NCBI GenBank assembly: GCA_963700145.1
Contig: OY969474.1
Location: 3,520,001-3,584,000, forward strand
Reading direction: 5' to 3'
From: an uncultured Acidobacteriota bacterium
GTDB lineage: Bacteria; Acidobacteriota; Thermoanaerobaculia; Multivoradales; UBA5704
DNA length: 64,000 bases
The translations under genes and the position numbers were made by a program. Below the pieces are notes generated by a model. That model searched no databases and was not told where the DNA came from. It was given only the letters and a program-made list of their open reading frames with translations. Shown here piece after piece: positions 9,882-19,453 of this stretch; the stretch's first letter is position 1, and the number at the start of each line of letters is the position of its first letter.

Positions 9882-11168
9882 ATGGCCAGGACGACCACGC
9901 CGGTCGGCATCCTCTGCTGCGGCCTGCTTGCCGTTGCGGCGGCGCGAGCGCAGGAGAAGACGGCGGCTCCAGCACAGATCGCCGTCAAGGCGCAGCGCCT
10001 CCTCGACGTGCGCACCGGCACGCTGGTGAACGACGCCGTGATCCTTGTCGAAGGCGATCGCATCAAGGCGGTCGGGCCGGGATTGGCGATCGAGCCCGGC
10101 GCCATGGTGATCGATCTCGGCGCGGCGACGCTCCTCCCCGGCCTGATCGACGCCCACACCCACCTGATGGCCGCCGCCGAGGACGGTTACGCCGAGATGC
10201 TGCTGACGAAGTCGCAGGCCTACCGCGCGCTGGAAGGGGCGGCGCACGCGCGGCGGACGCTCCACGCCGGGTTCACCACCGTGCGCGACACCGAGAACGA
10301 GGGCTCGGGCTATGCCGACGTGGCGTTGCGCGACGCCATCGCGCGCGGACTCGTGGAGGGGCCGCGGATGCTCGTCTCGACCCGCGGCATCGCCGCGGTC
10401 GGCAACTATCAGCCGTTCGGGGTCTCCTCCGACCTGCCGGACTTCCCGCACGGCGCGCAGATGGTCAGCGGCGTCGAGGACTGCCGGCGCGCCGTGCGCG
10501 AGCAGATCGGCCAGGGCGCGGACCTGATCAAGGTCTACGCCGACTGGGAGCACCCGACGCTGACCGTCGAGGAGCTGCGCGTCGTCGTCGAGGAGGCGCA
10601 CAAGGCCGGCCGGCGTGTGGCGGCGCATGCCACCACGGTCGAGGGGATCCGCAACGCGGTCGCCGCGGGAGTGGATTCCATCGAGCACCTCCTCTTCGCC
10701 GACCGGCCGACCCTCGAGCTGCTGGCTGAGAAGGGCGTCTGGCTGGTCCCCACCCTCAGCCCCTTCGTGTACCAGCTCGCCGGGGTGACCGACGAGGCGC
10801 GCCGCCAGCGAGGGGAGGAGTTCGTCCGCTCCATCCAGGAGAGAGTGCGCACGGCGAAGGAGGTCGGCGTCAAGATCGCCGCCGGCTCCGACGCCTCGGA
10901 GGGCGACCTCCACGGCACGAACGCGCGCGAGATCGTCGCCCTGCACGAGGCCGGGCTGTCCACCCTGGAAGCGATCCGCGCAGCGACCACCACGGCCGCG
11001 GAGCTGCTCGGCCTGCAGGACGAGATCGGCGCCCTCGAGCCCGGCAAGCACGCCGACGTCATCGCCGTCGCCGGCGACCCGCTCACCGACATCCACGCCC
11101 TTGAACGGGTGGTGTTCGTGATGAAGGGCGGCGCCGTCGTGAAGCGGGAGGGTGGAGCGCTCCCTTAG
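9882..11168 (+). CDS. Secreted metal-dependent amidohydrolase (Xaa-Pro dipeptidase-like subgroup)
   Basis: Signal peptide; PGLIDAHTH, IKVYA, AAHA, SIEH and AGSDA motifs. Confidence 0.88.
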   Translation: MARTTTPVGILCCGLLAVAAARAQEKTAAPAQIAVKAQRLLDVRTGTLVNDAVILVEGDRIKAVGPGLAIEPGAMVIDLGAATLLPGLIDAHTHLMAAAEDGYAEMLLTKSQAYRALEGAAHARRTLHAGFTTVRDTENEGSGYADVALRDAIARGLVEGPRMLVSTRGIAAVGNYQPFGVSSDLPDFPHGAQMVSGVEDCRRAVREQIGQGADLIKVYADWEHPTLTVEELRVVVEEAHKAGRRVAAHATTVEGIRNAVAAGVDSIEHLLFADRPTLELLAEKGVWLVPTLSPFVYQLAGVTDEARRQRGEEFVRSIQERVRTAKEVGVKIAAGSDASEGDLHGTNAREIVALHEAGLSTLEAIRAATTTAAELLGLQDEIGALEPGKHADVIAVAGDPLTDIHALERVVFVMKGGAVVKREGGALP

Positions 11169-11170
11169 AG

Positions 11171-11745
11171 GAGACTCCCCGCTGCCGAGGGAAAGCTCTT
11201 GGACGCTCCGGGAAAGCTCCCGAGCGTGCGGGGTGAGCTCTCGTGCGCCTGCGAAAATCTCCCCGATGCCGGCTGCGGGCTCCCGCGTGCCCGGCGAAGG
11301 CTCTGCGACGCCGGGTGAAAGCTCTGCGCCGCACCCGGATGACTCCCCGACGCCGGCGGAGGGCTCTTCGACGCGTCCGGAGGGCTCTGCCGGACGGTGG
11401 GAGCGGAAACTTTCACGCACGGAGAAGGCCCGGACCTCGCCAGCAAGCTCTCCCGCGGCGCCGGCCGACTCCTCCGGAGCGCCAGCGGGCTTCGCCGCTC
11501 GGAGAAGGAGCTTCGTCGGACGGAGCGAAGGCTCCGGAAGGCCGGGAGAACGCTCCCCGCGTCCGCGGGAACGCTCCCCGGACGTGCGGGAGCTTTTCCT
11601 CGCTCGCCGGGAGTATTTCCTCGGCGCCGGGAACACTCCCGGGCGAGCTGGGCGCATTCCCTGAGCGTGCGGGAGCTTTCCTCGCGCCGCGGGCGCATTT
11701 CGCTGCTCTCCGGGAACGCTCCCCGGCTCGCCGGGAGAATTCTGA
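11171..11745. repeat. Degenerate 21-bp-period tandem array A (core nnnGCTC)
   Basis: Units start at 11171, 11192, 11213, 11234 ... 11381, all with CTC at unit positions 5-7; the period continues more loosely to about 11745. Confidence 0.8.
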
Positions 11746-11782
11746 GGTCTGCCGGGGTCTGACCCTGCGCTAGCATCCGAGG

Positions 11783-12409
11783 ATGCCCCACCGCATCGCG
11801 CTCCTGGTGACGGGGGCCTCCGGGATGCTGCTGCCGCGGCATCTGCTCCGCCGACTGGCGGAGCATCCGGAGATCGAGCGCGTGCACTTGGTCGTCTCGG
11901 CCGGGGCGAGCCAAGTGCTGCGGCACGAGCTGGGGGCGGAGGCGACTGGTGCCGAGGACCTGGTCGAGGCGGCGGGATTGGGCGCGGAGGCGCGGGGAAA
12001 GGTGCGGGTGCACCGAGACCGCGAGCTGGACGCGCCGATCGCCTCGGGGTCGTACACGCTAGCCGGTGCGGCGGTCCTGCCGTGCAGCGCCGCCACCCTG
12101 GGGGCTCTCGCCATCGGCGCCGCCCGCACGCTCATCCACCGCGCGGGCGCCGTGGCGCTCAAGGAAGGTTGGCCGCTCGTCCTCGGCTTCCGCGAGACGC
12201 CCTACAGCCTGGTGCACCTGGAAAACATGCGCCGCGTCCACCTCGCCGGCGCCACGCTCCTGCCGCCGGTGCCGGCCTTCTATGTCGGCGGCGAAGACAT
12301 CGAGCGCTTCCTCGACCACTACGCCCTTCGCGTCCTCGACCGCTTCGGCCTCCGCGACCCGGGCGAGCCCGGGTTGCGCTGGGGAGAGCTAGCGGCGCCC
12401 GGAGAGTAG
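11783..12409 (+). CDS. ubiX: Flavin prenyltransferase UbiX
   Basis: VTGASG, IASGS, PCS..TL, RAGAVALKE, RETP...HLENM and PPVPAFY motifs. Confidence 0.92.
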   Translation: MPHRIALLVTGASGMLLPRHLLRRLAEHPEIERVHLVVSAGASQVLRHELGAEATGAEDLVEAAGLGAEARGKVRVHRDRELDAPIASGSYTLAGAAVLPCSAATLGALAIGAARTLIHRAGAVALKEGWPLVLGFRETPYSLVHLENMRRVHLAGATLLPPVPAFYVGGEDIERFLDHYALRVLDRFGLRDPGEPGLRWGELAAPGE

Positions 12410-12413
12410 GGGG

Positions 12414-12665
12414 CTACGGAGCGACTCGCTGTCCTGCCGCGAGCGTCGAATGCAGAGCGTCGGGTGCCAGGTCGGCGCCGGTCGGCCAGCAGATCACGCC
12501 GAACTCGTCGATCGACACGGCGCGAAAAACGGCGAGGTCGCGAAGAGGCTCGAAGACCGGGCCGAAGAGCCGATCGGCGAGATCGATCTCACCCCGGAGG
12601 CCGTCCTCGAACTCCACCGCCAACCGGTACCCTTCGAGGGGATGTACTGCGGTAACCCGATACAC
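12414..12665 (-). CDS. DUF2442-family protein (putative antitoxin partner)
   Basis: YRL.VEFEDG..GEIDL...GPVFEPLRD...F....ICWPTGADLAPDAL pattern; GTG start just after the DUF4160 stop. Confidence 0.8.
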   Translation of the reverse strand: MYRVTAVHPLEGYRLAVEFEDGLRGEIDLADRLFGPVFEPLRDLAVFRAVSIDEFGVICWPTGADLAPDALHSTLAAGQRVAP

Positions 12666-12667
12666 GG

Positions 12668-12928
12668 CTAGTCCAGTGGCGCGATGGCGACCAGGGGCTG
12701 GTGAGCCTCGGTGCGACGCCAATTCTCCTGCAGCTCGTGCCGGTGGGCGAAAGCCCACTCGAGAACCAAGGACAATGCCCGGCGGGGAAGCTGGCCCTCG
12801 AGTACGGTGAGGGTGTCGATCGCCACTTGCGCCGCGTCGCCTCCGTAGTAAGCGTGGAAGTGCGGGGGAGGGTGATCGTCGTAGTACATGCGAATCGTGA
12901 TCCCGAAGAACTGCGACACCGTGGGCAC
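12668..12928 (-). CDS. DUF4160-family protein (putative toxin partner)
   Basis: MPTVSQFFGITIRMYYDDHPPPHFHAYY...LVLEWA..H..EL..NW signature. Confidence 0.85.
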   Translation of the reverse strand: MPTVSQFFGITIRMYYDDHPPPHFHAYYGGDAAQVAIDTLTVLEGQLPRRALSLVLEWAFAHRHELQENWRRTEAHQPLVAIAPLD

Positions 12929-12993
12929 TCAGCTCGCCTCCGGGAACCCCTTTGCCACTCGTGTGATTCTAGCTCCGGCAGCGGCCCATGCCG

Positions 12994-13809
12994 CTACTTC
13001 GCGATCAGCGCCGCCGCGCGCAAGGTGGACTCGACGACGGCTTTGATGAGGGTGACGCGCAGGCCGCCTTCCTCGAGGGTGAGGAGGCCGTCGATGGTGC
13101 AGCCGGCGGGGGTGGTGACGGCGTCCTTGAGCAGCGCCGGGTGCTCGCCGGTTTCGAGGACCATCTTGGCGGCGCCGAGGCAGGCCTGGGCGGCGAGCTG
13201 GGTGGCGATGGCGCGCGGCAGGCCGACCTTGACGCCGCCCTCGGCGAGCGACTCGATGACCACGTAGACGAAGGCGGGGCCGCTGGCCGACAGCGCTGTG
13301 ACCGCGTCGAGGTGCTTCTCGTCGAGCACCAGGGTGCGGCCGACGGCCGCGAAGAGCGACTCGGCGAGCGCCAGGTGGCCGGCGTCGGCGTGGCGGCCGG
13401 CGCAGAGCACGGTCATGCCGGCGCCGACCAGCGCCGGGGTGTTGGGCATCGTGCGCACCACCGGCGAGGGGTGCGAGAGCTGCCGCTCGATGAGGTCGGT
13501 GGTGGCCGAGGCGACGATCGAGACGAGGAGCTGCTCGGGAGCGAGCGCCGGGGCGATCACGCCGAGCACCTCGGCGAGGGCCTGCGGCTTGACGCAGACG
13601 AGGACCACGTCCGCTCCCGCCACCGCCGCCGCGTTGTCGGTCGTCGTCTCGACCCCGAGGCGGGCGCCGATCTCGCGCGCGTTGTCGGGGTGGCGGGTGG
13701 TCGCCACGACCTGCTCGCGCCGCAGCGTCCCCGCCTCGAGCAGGGCGCGGATGAGCGTCGAGCCCATCTTCCCCGCGCCCACGACCGCGAGTCTCTCGAT
13801 CTGCCGCAT
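12994..13809 (-). CDS. proC: Pyrroline-5-carboxylate reductase
   Basis: GAGKMG, VKPQ, RTMPNTP, ALSASGPAF and VTTPAGCTIDG motifs; ATG at 13809. Confidence 0.95.
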   Translation of the reverse strand: MRQIERLAVVGAGKMGSTLIRALLEAGTLRREQVVATTRHPDNAREIGARLGVETTTDNAAAVAGADVVLVCVKPQALAEVLGVIAPALAPEQLLVSIVASATTDLIERQLSHPSPVVRTMPNTPALVGAGMTVLCAGRHADAGHLALAESLFAAVGRTLVLDEKHLDAVTALSASGPAFVYVVIESLAEGGVKVGLPRAIATQLAAQACLGAAKMVLETGEHPALLKDAVTTPAGCTIDGLLTLEEGGLRVTLIKAVVESTLRAAALIAK

Positions 13810-13867
13810 GTCCGCCTCCCGCGCTCGACGATAGCCGAAGCGACGCTCTTGTAGGCTTTCGGCCCTC

Positions 13868-15214
13868 ATGGCCGAGACCGACCTCGTCGTCCGCAGCCGG
13901 CAGGCTGTGCTTCCGGACGGAGTCCGGCCAGCGGTGGTGCACGTGGCGGGGGGGCGGATCGCGGCGGTGGCGGGGTTCGACGAGGTGCCGGAGGGGGTGC
14001 CGGTCTTCGACGCGGGGGAGGCGGCACTGCTACCTGGCGTGGTGGATACGCACGTCCACGTCAACGAGCCGGGGCGGACGGAGTGGGAGGGGTTCCGGAC
14101 GGCGACGCGGGCGGCGGCGGCGGGCGGGATCACGACACTCGTGGACATGCCGCTCAACAGCGTGCCGGCGACGACCTCGGCGGCGGCGTTCGAAGAGAAG
14201 CGGGCGGCGGCGGCGGGGCGGTGCTGGGTCGATGTCGGCTTCTGGGGGGGTGTGGTTCCGGGTAATGAAGGAGAGCTGAGCGCGCTCTGGGAGGCGGGGG
14301 CGCTGGGGTTCAAGGCGTTTCTGGTGCCCTCGGGTGTCGAGGAGTTTCCCTCCGTTGAAGAGTCCGATCTGGCGAGCGCGTTGCCGATCCTTGCCGGCCT
14401 CGGCGCGCCGCTCCTGGTTCACGCCGAGCTGCCGGGGCCGATCGAGGCGGCGGCCGCGCAGCTCGCCGCTGCCGACTGGCGCTCTTACCCCACTTGGCTC
14501 TCCTCCCGTCCGCCGCAGGCCGAGGTCGAGGCGGTCGAGCTGCTCGTCCGGCTGGCGCGCGAGCACGACGCGCGCGTCCACGTCGTTCACGTCGCGGCGG
14601 CGGAGGTCCTGCCGCTCGTGGCAGATGCTCGCGCGGCGGGAGTCGCGTTCACCGCCGAGACCTGTCCTCACTACCTGTTCTTCCGCTCCGAGGAAATCCC
14701 CGACGGCGCCACCGAGTACAAGTGCGCGCCGCCGATTCGTGACGGGGCGCATCGCGAGGCGCTCTGGCTCGGGCTCGCCGACGGCACGCTCTCCCTCGTG
14801 GCTTCCGATCACTCCCCCAGCCCCCCTGCGATGAAGAGCGGCGACTTCCGCGAGGCGTGGGGCGGGATCGCCTCGCTGCAGGTCTCGCTGCCCGTCGTCT
14901 GGACGGAGGCGCGCCGGCGCGGCCACGGGCTCGCCGCCCTCGCCGAGTGGATGAGCCGCGCGCCCGCGGCGCTCGCCGGTCTTGACGAGCGCAAGGGGGC
15001 GATCCGCGCCGGGCTCGACGCCGACCTCGTGGTCTTCGATCCGGAGGCGGAATTCACGGTGGACGGCGCCCGGCTCGAGCACCGCCATCCGCTCATCCCC
15101 TACCAGGGCCGCCGCCTCGCCGGCGTCGTGCGGCAGACCTTCCTGCGCGGCGAGTTGGTCTACGATGGCGGCCGCTTCCCGCCGCAGGCCATGGGACAGC
15201 TCCTCCGCCGATGA
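13868..15214 (+). CDS. allB: Allantoinase
   Basis: DTHVHVNEPGRTEWEGF.TAT.AAAAGGITT, ETCPHYL, KCAPPIR and SDHSP motifs; purine cluster context. Confidence 0.93.
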   Translation: MAETDLVVRSRQAVLPDGVRPAVVHVAGGRIAAVAGFDEVPEGVPVFDAGEAALLPGVVDTHVHVNEPGRTEWEGFRTATRAAAAGGITTLVDMPLNSVPATTSAAAFEEKRAAAAGRCWVDVGFWGGVVPGNEGELSALWEAGALGFKAFLVPSGVEEFPSVEESDLASALPILAGLGAPLLVHAELPGPIEAAAAQLAAADWRSYPTWLSSRPPQAEVEAVELLVRLAREHDARVHVVHVAAAEVLPLVADARAAGVAFTAETCPHYLFFRSEEIPDGATEYKCAPPIRDGAHREALWLGLADGTLSLVASDHSPSPPAMKSGDFREAWGGIASLQVSLPVVWTEARRRGHGLAALAEWMSRAPAALAGLDERKGAIRAGLDADLVVFDPEAEFTVDGARLEHRHPLIPYQGRRLAGVVRQTFLRGELVYDGGRFPPQAMGQLLRR

Positions 15215-16698
15215 CCGACGCCCCCGCGCTGGTGGACCTCGCCGCCGAGCGGCTGGGGGGCGCCGTCCTCGCCGCCAACGACGAGTTCTTCGCCGAGAAG
15301 GAGAACCTGGTGCGCGAGGCCGAGCCGGTCTTCGTGCCCGACCGCTACACCGATCGCGGCAAGTGGATGGACGGCTGGGAGACCCGCCGCCGCCGCACAC
15401 CGGGGCACGACTGGGCGGTCGTGCGGCTCGGGCTTCCCGGGGTCCTGCGGCAGGTCGTCGTGGACACCAGCCACTTCAAGGGGAACTACCCGGAGTCCTG
15501 CTCGCTCGACGCGCTGGCATCCGATGGCGGCATCGAGGACGACGCGCCGTGGGTTGAGGTGTTGCCGCGTACGCCGCTCGCAGGGGACGCGCGCAACGCT
15601 TTCGCCGTCGCCAGCTCGTACCGCTGGAGCCACTTGCGGCTCAACATCTACCCGGACGGCGGCGTTGCCCGCCTGCGGGCGCTCGGGGAGGTGGTGGCCG
15701 ATTGGCGCGACGCCGAGGGCGCGGTGGACCTCGCGGCGCTGGCGCGCGGCGGGCGGGTCGTGGACGTCAGCGACCGCTTCTTCGGCACCCCCGACCGGCT
15801 CCTCCTCCCCGACCCGGCGCGCGGCATGCACGACGGCTGGGAGACCCGCCGCCGGCGCGGCCCCGGCAACGACTGGGTGATCGTGCGGCTCGGCGCGGAG
15901 GGGGAGGTCGAGAGCGTGGAGGTGGACACGTCCTTCTTCAAGGGGAACGCGCCCGGGAGCTGCGCGCTCTGGGCCTGCGCGAGCGACGAGGAGGTGCCGC
16001 CGGCCGATGCCGCATGGCGCCAGCTCCTGCCCGAGACGCCGCTTTCACCCGACGCGCGGCACTGCTTCCGCGATGAGCTGCGCCGCGGCGGGCCCACAAC
16101 CCACGTGCGGCTCGACATCTTCCCCGACGGCGGCGTGGCGCGCCTGCGCGTCGTCGGCTTGCCGACGCCCGCCGGCCGGCTCGCCGCCGGCCTGCGCTGG
16201 CTCGACGCTCTGCCGCCGGACGAGGCCGAGCGGGAGCTGCTCGCCGTCTGCGGCGCGCGGGAGTGGGCGCGGCGGATGGCCGCGGCGCGCCCCTTCGCGA
16301 GCTTCGACGCGCTCGCCGCCGCCGCCGACGCGGTCTGGGCCGGGCACGCTCCGGCCGATCGGATCGAGGCGCTGAACAGCCACCCGCGCCTGGGCGAGCC
16401 GCCGCGCGGCGCGGATGCCGAAGCGCGCTGGGCGGCGGCTGAGCAGTCCGGGACGGCCGCCGCCGGCGGCGACGCGCGGGCGCGCCTGGCCGAGGCCAAC
16501 CGCCGCTACGCCGAGCGCTTCGGCTGGACCTTCGTCGTCTGCGCCACCGGGCGGAGCGCCGAGGAGATGCTGGCCGCCTTCGAGCGCCGCATCGGGAACG
16601 ACCCGGAGACCGAGCTCGCCGTCGCCGGCGAGGAGCAGCGGCGGATCATCGGGCTCCGCCTGGCGAAGCTCCTCGGCGCGACGGCAGGAGGGAAGTGA
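15211..16698 (+). CDS. alc: Allantoicase fused to C-terminal OHCU decarboxylase (UraD)
   Basis: Two allantoicase repeats (DGWETRRRR, DTSHFKGN, PDGGVARLR) followed by UraD motifs HPRLG, EQSG, N..Y..RFG..FVVCATG and EQ..I..LRL. Confidence 0.9.
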   Translation: MTDAPALVDLAAERLGGAVLAANDEFFAEKENLVREAEPVFVPDRYTDRGKWMDGWETRRRRTPGHDWAVVRLGLPGVLRQVVVDTSHFKGNYPESCSLDALASDGGIEDDAPWVEVLPRTPLAGDARNAFAVASSYRWSHLRLNIYPDGGVARLRALGEVVADWRDAEGAVDLAALARGGRVVDVSDRFFGTPDRLLLPDPARGMHDGWETRRRRGPGNDWVIVRLGAEGEVESVEVDTSFFKGNAPGSCALWACASDEEVPPADAAWRQLLPETPLSPDARHCFRDELRRGGPTTHVRLDIFPDGGVARLRVVGLPTPAGRLAAGLRWLDALPPDEAERELLAVCGAREWARRMAAARPFASFDALAAAADAVWAGHAPADRIEALNSHPRLGEPPRGADAEARWAAAEQSGTAAAGGDARARLAEANRRYAERFGWTFVVCATGRSAEEMLAAFERRIGNDPETELAVAGEEQRRIIGLRLAKLLGATAGGK

Positions 16699-16699
16699 G

Positions 16700-17041
16700 A
16701 TGGCCGGCCTGAGCACGCACGTCCTCGACCTCGCGACGGGCCGCCCGGCGGCCGGCCTGCAGGTGGCGCTCGAGACCTGGTCGGACGGCGGCTGGGAGGT
16801 GCTCGGCACCGCCCTGACCGACCCCGACGGCCGCGTCCGCGAGCTGCTGCCCGGCGGGCGCAGCCTCGACACCGGCCTCTTCCGGCTCACCTTCGCCGCC
16901 GGCGACTACTTCCACGCCCGCGGCGTCGAGAGCTTCCACCCCGAGGTCGCGGTCGTCTTCCAGGTGCGCGACCCGCTCGTCCACCACCACGTGCCGCTGC
17001 TGCTGGCGCCGTGGGGCTACACCACCTACCGGGGCACCTGA
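16700..17041 (+). CDS. uraH: 5-hydroxyisourate hydrolase (transthyretin-like)
   Basis: LSTHVLD...GRPA, TDPDGR, HHVPLLLAPWGY and C-terminal YRGT (YRGS-like); ATG at 16700. Confidence 0.93.
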   Translation: MAGLSTHVLDLATGRPAAGLQVALETWSDGGWEVLGTALTDPDGRVRELLPGGRSLDTGLFRLTFAAGDYFHARGVESFHPEVAVVFQVRDPLVHHHVPLLLAPWGYTTYRGT

Positions 17042-17901
17042 TGAACGTCACGCTCGCCGACAACAACTACGGCAAGGAGCGCGTGCGGCTGGTCAAGGTC
17101 GAGCGCGGCGCGGGCGGCCGCCACACGCTGCGCGACCTCACCGTCTCGCTGCGGCTCACCGGCGAGTTCACGGTGGCGCACGTCGCCGGCGACAACGCCG
17201 AGATCCTCCCCACCGACACGATGCGCAACACCGTCTACGGCTTCGCCGCCGAGGGGCCGCTCGGGGCGAGCGAGGAGTTCGCGGCGCGGCTCGCCGAGCA
17301 CCTCCTGGCGAGCGGCCCCGAGGTGACCGGGGCGCGGGTCGCCGTCGAGGAGCGGCCGTGGCGGCGGCTGGAGGTCGGCGGTGCGGCCCACCCGCACGCT
17401 TTCGAGGCCGCCGCCGAGCGGCACACCGCCGAGGCCTGGCGCGGACGTGACGGCGGCTGGACCGAAGGCGGCCTCGCCGACCTGGTGCTGCTCAAGACCT
17501 CGGGCTCCGGCTTCGCCGGCTTCCGGCGCGACCGCTGGACGACGCTGCGCGACACCGCGGACCGCATCCTGGCGACGCGGCTCGCGGCGCGCTGGCGCTA
17601 CGCCGCGCCGGCGGACGGCGAGCAGATCGACTACGCCGGCAGCCACCGCGTGGCGCGGCGGCTCCTCGTCGACACCTTCGCCGCCCACCGCAGCCGCTCG
17701 CTCCAGCACACGCTCTACGCGATGGCCGAGGCGGTCCTCGAAGGGCGGCCCGAGCTGAGCGAGATCCACCTCTCGCTGCCCAACATCCACCACGTGCCGT
17801 TCGACTTGTCGCCGCTCGGGATGCAGAACCGCGACGAGGTGTTCGTGGCGCTGCCGGAGCCGCACGGGTTGATCGAGGCGACGGTGCGGCGGGCGGGGTA
17901 G
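17041..17901 (+). CDS. pucL: Uricase (urate oxidase)
   Basis: NYGKERVR, PTDTMRNTV, LKTSGSGF.GF..D..TTL....DRIL, S.SLQ.TLY and PNIH motifs. Confidence 0.93.
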   Translation: MNVTLADNNYGKERVRLVKVERGAGGRHTLRDLTVSLRLTGEFTVAHVAGDNAEILPTDTMRNTVYGFAAEGPLGASEEFAARLAEHLLASGPEVTGARVAVEERPWRRLEVGGAAHPHAFEAAAERHTAEAWRGRDGGWTEGGLADLVLLKTSGSGFAGFRRDRWTTLRDTADRILATRLAARWRYAAPADGEQIDYAGSHRVARRLLVDTFAAHRSRSLQHTLYAMAEAVLEGRPELSEIHLSLPNIHHVPFDLSPLGMQNRDEVFVALPEPHGLIEATVRRAG

Positions 17902-17917
17902 CGCGCACCAAGAGCCT

Positions 17918-18005
17918 TGTCATTCCGAGCGGAGCGAGGAATCTGGGGGCAGGGTCTTCGTGCCGGCTTCCCCCCGCCCAGATCCTTCGCTGCGCTCAGG
18001 ATGAC
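17918..18005. repeat. REP/REPIN-like palindromic element, copy 2
   Basis: TGTCATTCCGAGCGGAGCGAGGAATCTGGG...CCCAGATCCTTCGCTGCGCTCAGGATGAC between convergent genes. Confidence 0.85.
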
Positions 18006-19447
18006 GGTGGGGGTGGTTGCAGGGCTGCCGTGAGGACGAGCATCCCGCCGAGGTCGTCCGGCACCTCGACCCGCCAGGCGAGCCGCACCGGCCAGCCGCG
18101 CACGGCGAGGACCCGCCCGCGCTCGACCCGTGCCGGCACCGGCACGACGCGCGCGACGAGCGACGGCAGATTGATCTCGCGCATCAGCTCACCGGCGCCG
18201 AGCGGCAGCTCGGCGCGGAAGCGCAGCCGCCGGCGGAGGACGGTCGTCTCCACCTCGTAGGGGATCTGCAGGCCGCCGGCGTCGACCGCGAAGCCCACGC
18301 CGCCGCCGCGCTCGACCAGGGCGAGCGGCAGCACGGCCTCGAGCGCCGGCCGCACCCGGATCGGCGCCGAGAAGCCGACGCCGTAGAGGGTGCCTTCGAG
18401 AATGCCGGCGCACTCGCCGGTCATCGCCGCGTGCAGCGTCATCCGCCCCTGCCGCACGTCGAGCCGGCAGCGGGTGACGTCGAGGTGGCCGGCGAAGTCG
18501 GCGAGGTCCACGGCGCTGGGCAGGTCCGCGCCGAGGAGGCGCGACGGGCGGGTCCAGACCCGCGGCAGGCGATCGATCGCGAGTTGCACGTCCTCGCGCG
18601 GCGCAACCGCCTGCGCGAGGAGGTCGGCGAGGAGGGTGCCGCGCACGGCGAGGCGGAGGTCGCTGCGGCGGTACGGCGGCGGCGGCGCGCGGACGGCGAG
18701 CGGCGCGGCGCCGGCGCTGTCCACGACCAGCCCGACCCACTCCGGCGTCGCCAGTGCCCGCACCCGGCGGCTGCCGAAGCTCCAGGTGCGCGGCGGCACG
18801 ACGATCTCGATGCGCCCCCCGGCGAGGCGCCGCCGCACCGGCCGCGAGCGGGCTGGCGCCGCCATCCCGGCCGGCAGCCGCAGGTCGGGGATCTCGAGGC
18901 TCTTCTGCATGCGCAGCGTCAGGATCGGCGCCAGCGCGCGATTGAGCAGCGGCCAGCGCGCCAGCGTGCGCACCGAGGCGACGCGGAAGTACAGGGCGCA
19001 GGCGCCGTCCGGCGAGGCGCGCGAGAAGGCGAGGTAGCGGACGGCGATCGGGCCGTGGTAGAGGCCGAGCCGCCAGTCGAAGTCGGCGCGGGCGGAGACT
19101 TCGGCGTAGCCGTCGCGGAAGCGGGTGTCGATGTGGGTGATGCGGAAGCGGTTGCCGCGGCGGGTGAGCTGCTCGTAGCCGGCGAAGCGGCCGAGGAGCT
19201 CGCCGACGAGGCGGCTGGAGAGGGCGATCGCGAGGTCGTGGCGGCCGCCGGCGAGCCGCGCCTCGGCCTCGCGGCTGGCGGCGCGCGAGCCGGCGATGAG
19301 CGCCTGGAGGTCGCGCTCGCGTCGGACGAGCTCGCGCGCGGCGCGCCGGTGGAGGAGGGTGAGGGCGCCGGCCGCGGCGAGGAGCAGGACGGTGAGGGCG
19401 AGGACCGCGCCGCGTAGGGTCCGCCGGCGGAGCGGGTGGCGCGCCAC
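17996..19447 (-). CDS. Hypothetical membrane-anchored protein
   Basis: 483-aa ORF with N-terminal TM helix, co-oriented and tightly spaced behind the DUF6986-like gene; no family recognised. Confidence 0.6.
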   Translation of the reverse strand: MARHPLRRRTLRGAVLALTVLLLAAAGALTLLHRRAARELVRRERDLQALIAGSRAASREAEARLAGGRHDLAIALSSRLVGELLGRFAGYEQLTRRGNRFRITHIDTRFRDGYAEVSARADFDWRLGLYHGPIAVRYLAFSRASPDGACALYFRVASVRTLARWPLLNRALAPILTLRMQKSLEIPDLRLPAGMAAPARSRPVRRRLAGGRIEIVVPPRTWSFGSRRVRALATPEWVGLVVDSAGAAPLAVRAPPPPYRRSDLRLAVRGTLLADLLAQAVAPREDVQLAIDRLPRVWTRPSRLLGADLPSAVDLADFAGHLDVTRCRLDVRQGRMTLHAAMTGECAGILEGTLYGVGFSAPIRVRPALEAVLPLALVERGGGVGFAVDAGGLQIPYEVETTVLRRRLRFRAELPLGAGELMREINLPSLVARVVPVPARVERGRVLAVRGWPVRLAWRVEVPDDLGGMLVLTAALQPPPPSS

Positions 19448-19453
19448 GGCGAA

